From Octopus bimaculoides (Eukaryota), in the NCBI RefSeq assembly GCF_001194135.2, contig NC_068999.1:42322549-42358270 (forward strand): DNA of 35,722 nucleotides. Reading direction: 5' to 3'. The position numbers were made by a program, and so were the translations under genes. Of the stretch, positions 13,217 through 24,581 are shown in pieces; position 1 is the stretch's first letter, and every line of letters begins with the position of its first letter. The notes below the pieces were generated by a model that was not told the DNA's origin, did not search any database, and worked only from the letters and a program-made list of their open reading frames with translations.

Positions 13217-13432
13217 ATCCTTTCTACTATAGATACAAGGCCTGGATTTTGTGGGGAGGGGGCCAGCCGATCACATCGACCCCGGTACTCAACTGGTACT
13301 TGATTCATCGACCTCGAAAGGATGAAAAGTAAAGTCGACCTCGGCGGAATTTGAACTCAGAACGTAAAGACAGACGAAATACCACTAGGCATTTTGCCCG
13401 GCGTGCTGACGATTCTACCAGCTCGTTGCCTT
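13217..13432 (-). mobile_element. SINE family A, full length
   Basis: Same head, core and tail as its neighbours. It is followed by (AAT)n and a 22-bp tail stub of another copy (13481-13502). Confidence 0.93.
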
Positions 13433-13756
13433 CATAACAGTACTAATAATAATAACAATAATAATAATAATAATAATAATAGCTTCAAATTTTGCCACAA
13501 GGATATATATATATAAGGATTTCTGATGATTATGGTTCCATTACAAATCAGGCTGAAGAGAAATAGACAGTCGGTAAGATTGTTAAATTTTGAAACCGGT
13601 CCCTGTTTAATAATGTTTTTTTTCGGTGATTTAAATGTCTTGGTCGCTTACGTTTTGGTATCACGCTATATTTCATGTTGAGAACAATTTAGGTCTTATT
13701 AGACACAAGATGTGATCTATTTCTAGCACATTGAATGTCCACGTTAGTGGTCAAAG

Positions 13757-13806
<50 letters not shown>

Positions 13807-13942
13807 TTATATAAATGTATACAGGCACACGCACACACATCCATCCATAAATACACTCCCACTCACACACATATATATATGTATAAATATATATTTACAT
13901 ATGTATATATATCTATCTGTCTGCCTTTGTATCCCACGACGG

Positions 13943-14010
13943 GATTTGAATTCAGAAGAAATACCGTTAAACCTATGTCAACGCAGGAAATGATTCTTGC
14001 AGCTCGCTGA
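13943..14010 (-). mobile_element. Eroded SINE family A head fragment
   Basis: gatttgaattcagaagaaataccgttaa...gattcttgcagctcgctg. Confidence 0.5.
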
Positions 14011-14032
14011 GCTAAAGTTGAACCAATAATAA

Positions 14033-14248
14033 TTCTTTCTACTAAAGGCACGGGGCCTGAAATTTATGGGAGAGGAGACTAGTCAATTACATCGACGCTA
14101 GTGATTCCCTGGTACTTAATGTATCGACCCCAGAAGGATGCAAGGCAAAGTTCACCTTGGCGGAATATGAACTCAGAACGCGAAGACGGACGAAATACCG
14201 TTAAGCATTTTGCCCGGTGTGCTAACGATTCTGCCAGCTCGCCGCCTT
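14033..14248 (-). mobile_element. SINE family A, full length
   Basis: ggcacggggcctgaaattt...gtatcgaccccagaaggatg...gaactcagaacg...ctgccagctcgccgcctt. Confidence 0.93.
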
Positions 14249-14331
14249 AACAACAACAACAAAGATGATGGTAGTGATGAGCATAATGATGTTGATGATG
14301 ATGTTGATGATGATGATGATGATGATGATGA

Positions 14332-14369
<38 letters not shown>

Positions 14370-14582
14370 ATAATAATAATAATGATAATTTATTTATTTA
14401 TTTATTTATGTGTTTCAGCCAAGTGGCTGCGGTCATGCTGGTGCACCACCGATAATAATAATAATGATAATAATAATAATAAACATAAACAAGCAAACGA
14501 AGTTTGCTTTTAGAAGCGTTGAGATGTCTTAGAAAGTTAAAGAAGTGATTTTAAATTCTCAAACGCAGGATAATGCTAATAA

Positions 14583-14872
14583 TATAGGCTGAACAGGATA
14601 AGCTACCCCTATTTTGTAGAAAGAAGTGTGGACGGCCAGCCATGAGACTCGAACTCACACCTCCGTGATTTGAATTTAACACATAATTGCGTCTCATAAA
14701 GCGAGATTTCTATACATCTTAAATTTGCAGGAAAACTTCTGGCTGGGCAGTTTAGCTTAAATGGTCGAGAGCACCGCGACGCGTAATCACGGAGGTGTGA
14801 GTTCGAGTTTCATGGCTGGCCGCTCACACTTTTTTCTGCAAAATAGGTGTACTTAATAATGTTCAGGCTATA
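14583..14872. mobile_element. Fold-back element with about 88-bp inverted arms containing tRNA-derived sequence
   Basis: 14604-14670 is the reverse complement of about 14785-14851 with 6 mismatches in 67 bp. Weaker complementarity extends outward to TATAG(G/C)CTGAACA at both ends. Confidence 0.85.
14746..14821 (+). tRNA. tRNA-Thr(CGT)-like cloverleaf, probably a pseudogene or SINE head
   Basis: Acceptor GGCAGTT/GGCTGGC (1 mismatch, 2 G-U), T8 A9, D arm GCTT..GAGC, anticodon stem CGCGA/TCACG (1 mismatch), loop CG-CGT-AA (G33 is non-canonical), T arm GTGAG-TTCGAGT-TTCAT. A T6 Pol III terminator lies at 14830-14835. Confidence 0.6.
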
Positions 14873-14886
14873 ATAATAATAATAAT

Positions 14887-15100
14887 AGTTTCTAATTTTA
14901 CCACAAGGACGGTAATTTGGGTGGTGGGGTTGAGTCAGTTACATTGAGTGTAGTGTTCAACTGGTATTTATTTTATCGAATCAGAAAGGATGGAAGGCAA
15001 ATTCGACCCCGGCGGAATTTGAACTCAGAACGTAACGACAAGCGAAATACAGCTAAGCATTTAGCCCGGCGTGTTATCGATTCTGCCAGCTCGCCGTCTT
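14887..15100 (-). mobile_element. SINE family A, full length
   Basis: gtttctaattttaccacaagg...ggcggaatttgaactcagaacg...ctgccagctcgccgtctt. Confidence 0.92.
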
Positions 15101-15837
15101 AGTCGATAATAATAATGGCAATACTAATAATAATGATAATAATAATAATAATGTATACAAATTACTACCTGCTTTTTCCCTTATTCCTGCTAAAGCTCCA
15201 ACTAAAAATAATATTTAGCTAGTCCAGCGCACATAAACGATTCCTTCCTCGCGCATCTCTTTCCGTATATTTATCAATTCCACTACAACAAATTGAAAAC
15301 ATTTAAAACCAGGTTCTACGTCAATACCGTTTCCTGTCTCCCTATCTCTACTGAATATAAATCAGATCTGTTTTTTTTTTTGGGGGGGGGGTGTTTTCTT
15401 TCTTCATAATTACCAGTTTGTGTGTCAGCACATGAAAATTTTCATACACCACCTCCAGATAATACATAGCTACGGTGATCACAGTGATTAACCAATGGAC
15501 TACACCATAACTGGCCTTCATTGTCGTTGATGCTTTAAGCTCGACCAATTTTTTAAATCCCTCGAGGAGTATCTTCCACATATTTATTTATTCATTTTTT
15601 TTTTTAGTTTTTCGTTAATAAAACACTTTCAATGTAAAACTATCAATTTAAATCAACATTTATTTCCTGATTTGGTAATCTTAAAGTATTCTGCAACAGT
15701 TCTTTCCAGTTTGCAATTTTTCCTTCCTAGTTTAATTTACTTCTCTTTCTTTATTTCTTTCTTTCTTTCTTGCTTGCATCCTGTTCTTGTTTCCATTCTC
15801 CATCAATGGCTTCGATCTTTCTTTTTCTTTTTCTGTA

Positions 15838-15966
15838 CTTCTCTCTCTCTCTCTGTGTCTCTGTCTCTCTCTGTCTCTCTCTGTGTCTCTGTCTCTGTTT
15901 CTCTCTCTCTGTCTCTGTCTCTCTCTCTCTGTCTCTCTCTGTCTCTCTGTCTCTCTCTCCCTCTCT
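15838..15966. repeat. (CT)n/(CTGT) compound microsatellite
   Basis: Read directly. Confidence 0.95.
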
Positions 15967-16894
15967 CATGATATATCATTTATATTGGATATATTCTTTC
16001 ATTCTGTCTTCATACTTTCTTGTTTCCTCCTTGTACAAAACAAATCGTGTTCCCATGCTGCTAACATGCCATATCGTCCCCCACCAATATCTGAAGCCTA
16101 CCACCATATGTGATACCAGTTTCATCAGTTTCATACTCAGGAGCCAGCGTAAGGGATTCTCTTACTCAAGCTAGATACAGAGCGCTAGATCTGACACATT
16201 TTGTGCAGTAGTTTCTTTAAAAGTCTCCCCCCACAAAAAAACAACGTCAAATTAGGGAGCAACCAGAGTTGTGGATATACAGAATAACTGGAATCTTAAC
16301 TATGATTGGAATTTGAGTTGATTCGGTGTTAAATAATTGGAGTCAGCTTGAATGACTCCCTTTTAAATAGAAGCTGAGACGCCCCTCATCTACTCGTATA
16401 CTGGGAACATTTAAGCTAAAAGAGATTTTAATTTAAACACTGAGCCTATCAGTTCGCAAAGCTCGTTAGTCTCAAAGTCCCTCTTGCTGACAACAAAATC
16501 AAACGTTCGACTGGATCGCGCTCGCAATAGCACCGACGTCTGCAATGGTGGGTTTGGTAATAATATCAAATAATGCGAGCAGCTGCAAGACTACAAGAGA
16601 TGACGGAAAATTACATTGAACACACATATATCTACATTTTACATTGATCCAAACTACAGTCACTTAGCGAATGCCAACAACCTATTTTCAGTATGAACCA
16701 ACAAGAATATATGAGCGTTATTCGTCACCAAAATTATCTGCAAGTGATCTGAACACTAACACAGTCAGGCAAAATCACACAGCCGATACCGTTTAGCGTC
16801 AACCGCCCTGAAAATACCCGAACAACAATATTATACGTTATAACCTTCCACAGTGCATCGCCATGCTGCAATTTTTGTTTTCGTAAAAGCTCAC

Positions 16895-16979
16895 CCGCTC
16901 GTACTTCTGAAAGTGGTGAACACTGTAACGATTTCGGAAGACACATAAATAGCATCGAAACAAACTTCATAAATTTCAT
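16895..16979 (-). CDS. Candidate first coding exon encoding a signal-peptide-like MKFMKFVSMLFMCLPKSLQCSPLSEVRA
   Basis: ATG in unique sequence, a basic N-region, a short hydrophobic run and a good phase-1 donor CGG|GTGAGC at 16894. No downstream exon was identified. Confidence 0.25.
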
Positions 16980-17459
16980 GTTACGCTACGTTTGTTTGTT
17001 TACATGTTAGAAAACTCACACAAGTGAGATCAAAAATAATTTTTGCAGTATTCTACGAGAGTTTTGAACATGTTTCCAAAGCTAGAATAACTATGACGTA
17101 TTTCCTGCAATTAAATGTTTATAAGATGTAATGAATCAGTGGATATTTATATGTACAAACATACAGAAGAAAAAACGCCCGCAAGGCAAATTTTCAGTCA
17201 TTCATGTAAACACTAAATAGGTTAGAAAAGGTGCACGCACGAAAAGGCACGCACGCGCAAATGCACACACACACACACACACACACGCACACACACACAC
17301 ACACACACAAACACTCACACGCGCACACAGATGGAAATAAATATGTGGATATATATATATATATATAACTATGAACACACATATATCTACAAACATGTAT
17401 ATATATATATATANNNNNNNNNNTATATATGTACATATGCGTGAATATATATATATGCA

Positions 17460-17499
<40 letters not shown>

Positions 17500-17943
17500 C
17501 GTGTGTGTGTGTGTGTGTGAGTGTGTGTGTGTATGTGTGTAGCTATTCATACATAGATAGATAAACACACAATATATAAACTAAAACCACGCGTAATTAT
17601 ATTCAAATACTCGAATATAGATTTGCATTTATCTATGTATAAATACATACATACATACATACATACATACATACATACATACATACATACATAGCAAGCC
17701 ATAAATGAACATACTCACACGTGCACAGGCACGCATACATTCCACAGACAAATAGCACAGAAATACCCGTATAATGAAATAATATAAACAAATATATGCA
17801 TGTGTTTTGTGTTAACCTAAAGGTGACATACACATATACATCCACGCAAAAATGCACACACAATTACAAACACTCACACAGTTACACACCACATATATAC
17901 GAATATGAATGTATGTATATGTACGTATATATGTAAGTATGTA

Positions 17944-17991
<48 letters not shown>

Positions 17992-18483
17992 NNNNNNNNN
18001 NNNNNNNNNNNNNNNNNNNNNNNNNNNNNNNNNNNNNNNNNNNNNNNNNNNNNNNNNNNNNNNNNNNNNNNNNNNNNNNNNNNNNNNNNNNNNNNNNNNN
18101 NNNNNNNNNNNNNNNNNNNNNNNNNNNNNNNNNNNNNNNNNNNNNNNNNNNNNNNNNNNNNNNNNNNNNNNNNNNNNNNNNNNNNNNNNNNNNNNNNNNN
18201 NNNNNNNNNNNNNNNNNNNNNNNNNNNNNNNNNNNNNNNNNNNNNNNNNNNNNNNNNNNNNNNNNNNNNNNNNNNNNNNNNNNNNNNNNNNNNNNNNNNN
18301 NNNNNNNNNNNNNNNNNNNNNNNNNNNNNNNNNNNNNNNNNNNNNNNNNNNNNNNNNNNNNNNNNNNNNNNNNNNNNNNNNNNNNNNNNNNNNNNNNNNN
18401 NNNNNNNNNNNNNNNNNNNNNNNNNNNNNNNNNNNNNNNNNNNNNNNNNNNNNNNNNNNNNNNNNNNNNNNNNNNNNNNNNNN

Positions 18484-18554
<71 letters not shown>

Positions 18555-18655
18555 TACGACGGGCTTCTTTCAGTTTTCGTCTATAAGATCCACTGACAAG
18601 GCTTTGGTCGGCCCGAAGCTATAGTAGAAGACACTTGCCCAAGGTGCCACGTAGT
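18555..18655 (-). mobile_element. SINE family B, internal fragment lacking its head
   Basis: Minus strand GTGGCACCTTGGGCAAGTGTCTTCTACTATAGC...CCGACCAAAGCCTTG...AAAGAAGCCCGTCGTA running into (TA)n; homologous to 24582-24746. Confidence 0.85.
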
Positions 18656-19355
18656 ATCAAAAGAAATCATGTATAACCATTTCATTCTTTTTAGAAATCA
18701 TCAGCATGACGTAACCTGAAGTATATTAATTAACCATGCTATGAAGCGAAATATTTTAAATTGATGGAAAATCATTATGTCAAATTTATCACATGAAATA
18801 TATGTCCTTGGACAGATCAACATGCAGAAGAATTGAGAACATGTGCAAACAAAGCATTTGATTGAGCCGCCACATAGGTGCCTACAATTTTCAATAGTAC
18901 GTAGCGCGGTGAATGCAAGAATCAGTAGCGAGTCCAAATATCTATCTACGTTCTATGGTAGAACCACATCCAGTTTAATGTCAATCTTTGTCCAATCAGA
19001 AACGATGGAATATATAACTTAAGTATTGAAATCGATTTAATCGATTTCAATCTGCCCACGCTCCCGGAAGTTGTAGTATTGTGTATAAATTAGATAAAAA
19101 GATTCTCGTTTGATATGTCGCTTTTATGAAACCGTTCATGACATCGCCTACAACGTGGGCTTCAAGGTTTTATTTTTGATCTGTTAAATTGCATAGTCAA
19201 ATGTATTGAATTTGTATAAAACCTCGCCATAGTTGACCTGTTGATATGTCGTCAAAACTCTTTAGTTCTTTACACACATACATACCGATAGAGCATGCGT
19301 ATATATGTGTATATCTACATAAGTATGTATGTGGAAGTCTATGGATAACTATTTA

Positions 19356-19417
<62 letters not shown>

Positions 19418-19488
19418 NNNNNNNNNNNNNNNNNNNNNNNNNNNNNNNNNNNNNNNNNNNNNNNNNNNNNNNNNNNNNNNNNNNNNNN

Positions 19489-19536
<48 letters not shown>

Positions 19537-19587
19537 GTATATGTATACATGCACACACATACATATGTATACATACACAGGTCACGC

Positions 19588-19635
19588 CTCTCTCTCTGTC
19601 GTTCTCTCTCTCTGTCGTTCTCTCTCTCTGTCGTT
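19588..19635. repeat. 16-bp tandem repeat (CTCTCTCTCTGTCGTT) x3
   Basis: Three exact units. Confidence 0.9.
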
Positions 19636-19648
19636 CTCTCTCTGTGTG

Positions 19649-19706
<58 letters not shown>

Positions 19707-19959
19707 TACATATACATATTTGTACGTAGTTATATATTAAATTATTTAAATCATAAATTATATGAATTATAAATCTTATGTAACTGGCAAAGCGTTCGCC
19801 CGGTAAGAGAAAGATACGTGCTTAGAATATCATTATGATAATATGTTCTTTGTTAGTAAATATGCTTCTTATTCTTTTTACTTCTGAAATATATATAAAA
19901 GCGAAAAACTTGTACGTTTAGAAGATTATTCTTCGCCGTAGATTAACTGAAGAACCCGT

Positions 19960-21165
19960 CCTAAAACATGTCCTAATTGTAAGTTCTGTCACTGATTAAT
20001 AAAAAGAGAAAGAAAAGTCGTCCTGTCAACAGTTACAATGCTTCTGCCAGATCAAACTCACAGCAAGAACAATCGATAAACTCCTTCAATAGACATATGA
20101 TCATGGCAGATCAAGACTTCATATGTAATCCTTTTGTATTGCCTGATTACGTCAACACGAGTTAAATAACCTTCACAATTCCGAATGGGTGCCAGATGGA
20201 AGGACTAAACGCCACGTAAACACTAAACGCCATGTAAATACCATTAATTATAATATATACAAAAAAAAAAATAATAAACACGCAATTCTGGTTGTATCAC
20301 ATTTAATTATATTTTCCTTAAGTCGCCATACAAAACCAACCAAATATATTGAATGACTCATATTGATTTTCTTGGGGCTGGCGACATGGTTGCAATAACG
20401 ATTCTTGAATGAATTAGCCGTTGCCCCAGTATTTAGGTACGGTCCTCTCATTATCCTTTTGTGTGTACAGTGCATTTATATGCAAGATTTGTACTTATAC
20501 ATAGGTTCATCAAAGGGCATTTTGATTTTTCTCTGTATTAGATTTAGTTATATATGCGGCAGTTCTGACATCATTTTCTGACGCTGTTGCCCTGTTGGCT
20601 TTATCACTATTATTGCTACCATCACGATGTGGCCGCGGCAGGATTCCTTCATTCTGGTTTATATCTCCTTTCTTGGTATTTTTATGTATATATTTGCTGC
20701 TTTTTTCTATTTGTCTAGCCGGAAGTGGTTCACACTTCGGTGGGTTATTGAACAATTGGTTCATTTTATTGTTATTAATCCGGGGTGCATATGCTACTCT
20801 AAATTAATAGTGTTAACGTATGATATCTGCGTTGACCAATTCTTTTTGACAGGTATTTTCCATCTGAGTTTGCTTACAGTAATGTTGTATTGGGGGTATA
20901 ATGAGTATTATTAATGGCGGAATTGGCAGAGTTATGTATACCTGTGTCTTGCAGATATTGGATTTTCTTTCGGTATACAACCTTAGCTAAAGCAGTGTTG
21001 TGATATGGTTCATGTGATTTAAAAATTCCTTTATTAACAGACAACCTAGATATGCTTATTGAAATATTCTTAACGAATCCCCGTAGTACTGAGGCTGGAT
21101 GGCTACATTTATATACGTAATATTGTCATTTGGTTTATGAAACGATTCAAATAATCCAGTATGTG
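19960..21165 (-). mobile_element. Penelope-like retroelement fossil (RT C-terminus, CxCx5C linker, GIY-YIG endonuclease; Naiad-like)
   Basis: Collinear minus-strand peptides across frameshifts: TGLFESFHKPNDNITYINV, SHPASVLRGFVKNISISISRLSVNKGIFKSHEPYHNTALAK, LFNNPP (WFNPP-like), K(C)N(C)REKSKCPLMNLCISTNLAYKCTV, RT*I/GATANSFKNRYCNHVAS, FVWRLKENII, LAEAL and TELTIRTC. Confidence 0.88.
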
Positions 21166-21312
21166 TATGCATATATATATAGTATATATACTCCTATATA
21201 ATTGCATGTTTATATACGTATACACATCTCTCGTTCTCTCTCTTCCTCTCCCCCTTTCTCTGTACACATACACACACGCAAATATATACATACATATATA
21301 TACATTTATATA

Positions 21313-21349
<37 letters not shown>

Positions 21350-21917
21350 NNNNNNNNNNNNNNNNNNNNNNNNNNNNNNNNNNNNNNNNNNNNNNNNNNN
21401 NNNNNNNNNNNNNNNNNNNNNNNNTATATATATAGGTAGACATTTATTCACGTAATTGTTTTGGTTTGGTTACGTTCCATCGTAAACTAAACAACGTTTA
21501 TACTTTTAATTAAAGTTTGGAATTCATTACGTTAATCGAGTTTGTATAAACACAGAATAACAAAATCGCTCAAAATATCGTTTCTAGTTGTCCAATAGAT
21601 ATTTACGGAAACTCGTCAGTTATTTAAACTGCAATATTTGAATATTTGAAATTTTAAGTGCACCATAACCAGATTTGCGTATGTTGCGTTCAGTGTGGTT
21701 CCCATTATTGTCTTAATTATTTGTCTATAATTGTAGACTTTAAAATCAAAAACATTGCAATTCTAAAATGGCGTAATTTTTATCCAGTCATTCAGTTAAA
21801 ATCTGATGCGATTCTTTGAACTATAATTTCATTACCTCCAGTCATAAAGATGTTCAAATATGGCAGAACAATGAAATTTACGATGACGCGCGTGCATTCC
21901 TGTTCAGTTTATCTCTA

Positions 21918-21951
21918 TATTGGATTGGCAAGAAAGTAATTTCGCTTTTTT
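21918..21951 (+). mobile_element. Solo mariner-type terminal inverted repeat after a TA dinucleotide
   Basis: TA|TATTGGATTGGCAAGAAAGTAATTTCGCTTTTTT resembles the mariner TIR consensus TATTAGGTTGGTGCAAAAGTAATTGCGGTTTT. Confidence 0.6.
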
Positions 21952-22048
21952 TTATGTGGAATAAAAGTAATTTGTTTTTCGTACAATGAATATTAGGAGT
22001 AAAGATTGTTTGCCAACATAACATGACAGTCCTGATTTAGGACGAATG

Positions 22049-22171
22049 TTGCTGTAATTTAGCCCCAGAAGACATCGTCTCCATCTGGCTATACGACACG
22101 ATCTATGTCCTAATATTTTCATGTCGTATAGTCAGCTGGAGACGATGTGTCCTGTGGCTAAATTACAGCAA
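22049..22171. repeat. 123-bp hairpin (MITE-like fold-back)
   Basis: 50-bp arms (22049-22098 and 22122-22171) with 5 mismatches, separated by a 23-bp spacer. Confidence 0.9.
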
Positions 22172-22459
22172 GGATTTTTTCCCCAAAATTATTAGCAAAA
22201 GTACGAGGTCAAATTATTCACGCATCACAAGTATGGAAGCAATTGGTGAAGTCGTTTGCACGTGAAAAACGAATACACACACATCTCTGTTTTATATATT
22301 AGATTGTGATAAATTTTGGGAGCAATGGAAGTAAGGGAGACAATTAATTTTGGGAAGTTACTTCACGAAGGGTTACCACCCTTCTCTACGTAACCCAGGT
22401 ACAAGTGTTTTCTTCCCCCAGGGGGCCTGTAATTTACGTGAACAATTTTTAAGAGTCTA

Positions 22460-22595
22460 AAACCATCCCCGGAACATAAGTAATGTATGTTCCCAGTATG
22501 AAGAAAATTAGATGAAAAATACGGGCATTATAATATTTTACACACAGACACACACACAGAACGGGATTTATATTATATATATATATATATATATA
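22460..22595 (-). mobile_element. Possible non-autonomous Helitron (HINE-like) end
   Basis: ccccggaacat...agtatgaagaaaat...acacacagac...tttatattatatata resembles HINE termini; recognised from memory only. Confidence 0.3.
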
Positions 22596-22812
22596 TATGC
22601 ATACATACACACGTATTAGTTTCCCTTTAACATCAAAGCCAAAGATTGTATATAGATGTATATACTTATGTATAAAGTATTTAAGTATATATACTTTAAT
22701 TCATCGGACCCATAATATACCTGGTATCAATTTCTTTCTACAAAACACAGTTCTGACTCAGGTTAAAATGTTGCCTACACATTTGAGTCAGCTGAATATA
22801 TACGCAACAAAA

Positions 22813-22894
22813 TATATGCAGATACGAAGCGAAAGATATGCAGATATGGAGCGAAAGATATGCAGATATGCAGCGAAAGATATGCAGATATGCA
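22813..22894. repeat. 22-bp minisatellite (GATATGCA)2GCGAAA, about 3.7 copies
   Basis: Read directly. Confidence 0.9.
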
Positions 22895-23088
22895 ACATAA
22901 CATACTCTACAGAATATCAATATTTAACAGTATAGTTGTGATGCACTTTAATAAATGCATATAAAGTTCCTATACAGTGTCAAGATGCCAAATTGCCATG
23001 GAAATGTACATGACATGATTGTGAATATAATAAATTGATTTAGCTAGCAATAACACCAGCAGCAGCAATAGTGGTTGTAGTAACGGAG

Positions 23089-23125
<37 letters not shown>

Positions 23126-23326
23126 ACATGACTGGGTGATAAGCCATATTGTCTTTCTGTGGAACAATAGACAATAATTAATATTAAAAATCTGCGACAT
23201 GGATATTATAAGCCGGATCTCCCTCTCTCGCTCTCTCTATACCCCCTTCACTTTCATACTCACACACAACGCACACACACAACACACACACACACACACA
23301 TACACCCACACACACACACACACACA

Positions 23327-23363
<37 letters not shown>

Positions 23364-24213
23364 ACGTATACTGCCATTTGATTTCTTTTTCTTTCTCTGC
23401 CTGTGCCTCCTTCTCTGAGTCTGTCTTTCTGTCTAAATTTCTCGTTCTTTATCTGTCTATCTTTCTATCTATGTATCTATGTATCTATTTATTTTTCTAT
23501 CTCTCTGGTTACATATATATATNNNNNNNNNNNNNNNNNNNNNNNNNNNNNNNNNNNNNNNNNNNNNNNNNNNNNNNNNNNNNNNNNNNNNNNNNNNNNN
23601 NNNNNNNNNNNNNNNNNNNNNNNNNNNNNNNNNNNNNNNNNNNNNNNNNNNNNNNNNNNNNNNNNNNNNNNNNNNNNNNNNNNNNNNNNNNNNNNNNNNN
23701 NNNNNNNNNNNNNNNNNNNNNNNNNNNNNNNNNNNNNNNNNNNNNNNNNNNNNNNNNNNNNNNNNNNNNNNNNNNNNNNNNNNNNNNNNNNNNNNNNNNN
23801 NNNNNNNNNNNNNNNNNNNNNNNNNNNNNNNNNNNNNNNNNNNNNNNNNNNNNNNNNNNNNNNNNNNNNNNNNNNNNNNNNNNNNNNNNNNNNNNNNNNN
23901 NNNNNNNNNNNNNNNNNNNNNNNNNNNNNNNNNNNNNNNNNNNNNNNNNNNNNNNNNNNNNNNNNNNNNNNNNNNNNNNNNNNNNNNNNNNNNNNNNNNN
24001 NNNNNNNNNNNNNNNNNNNNNNNNNNNNNNNNNNNNNNNNNNNNNNNNNNNNNNNNNNNNNNNNNNNNNNNNNNNNNNNNNNNNNNNNNNNNNNNNNNNN
24101 NNNNNNNNNNNNNNNNNNNNNNNNNNNNNNNNNNNNNNNNNNNNNNNNNNNNNNNNNNNNNNNATATATATATATACATACATACATATATATATATGCA
24201 TATATATATATAT

Positions 24214-24273
<60 letters not shown>

Positions 24274-24581
24274 TTATATATATGTATACATGTATGCGTA
24301 CGCGTGTGCCTGTGTATATGTGTATATGTTAACGTTTTGTGGTATTCTTTTTACACAAAGAGAGAAATAAAGACAGCGATGGCTGTGATGTGTGATTTTT
24401 AATAAGAAATAACAAACAGCAACTTTACATCTAGAAAAATGTAAATACAAGCATTGTGAATGAAAGCATAGAATTAAATGGAGCGAAAATCACATCAAGT
24501 ATAACGATGTGAGTGTTGATGCGAGCTAACAGTTGCTTTATGCAGAAAGCAAGATTTTTAGACATTAGAATTGCACAGTAT

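Noticed and set aside
16338-16366. GGAGTCA-GCTTGAA-TGACTCC hairpin
   Set aside because: A 7-bp stem is expected by chance in 35 kb and has no supporting context.
18701-18937. Cys-containing minus-strand ORF
   Set aside because: No recognisable domain spacing and no convincing splice signals.
19940-19975. CTGAAGA near the end of the PLE fossil
   Set aside because: Antisense to the element, overlaps the decayed ORF end, and lacks a proper stem II and GAAA.
20510-20764. 84-aa ORF that looked like a host terminal exon with an AG acceptor near 20799
   Set aside because: It is part of the PLE fossil (WFNPP-like motif, leading into the CxCx5C linker by a frameshift).
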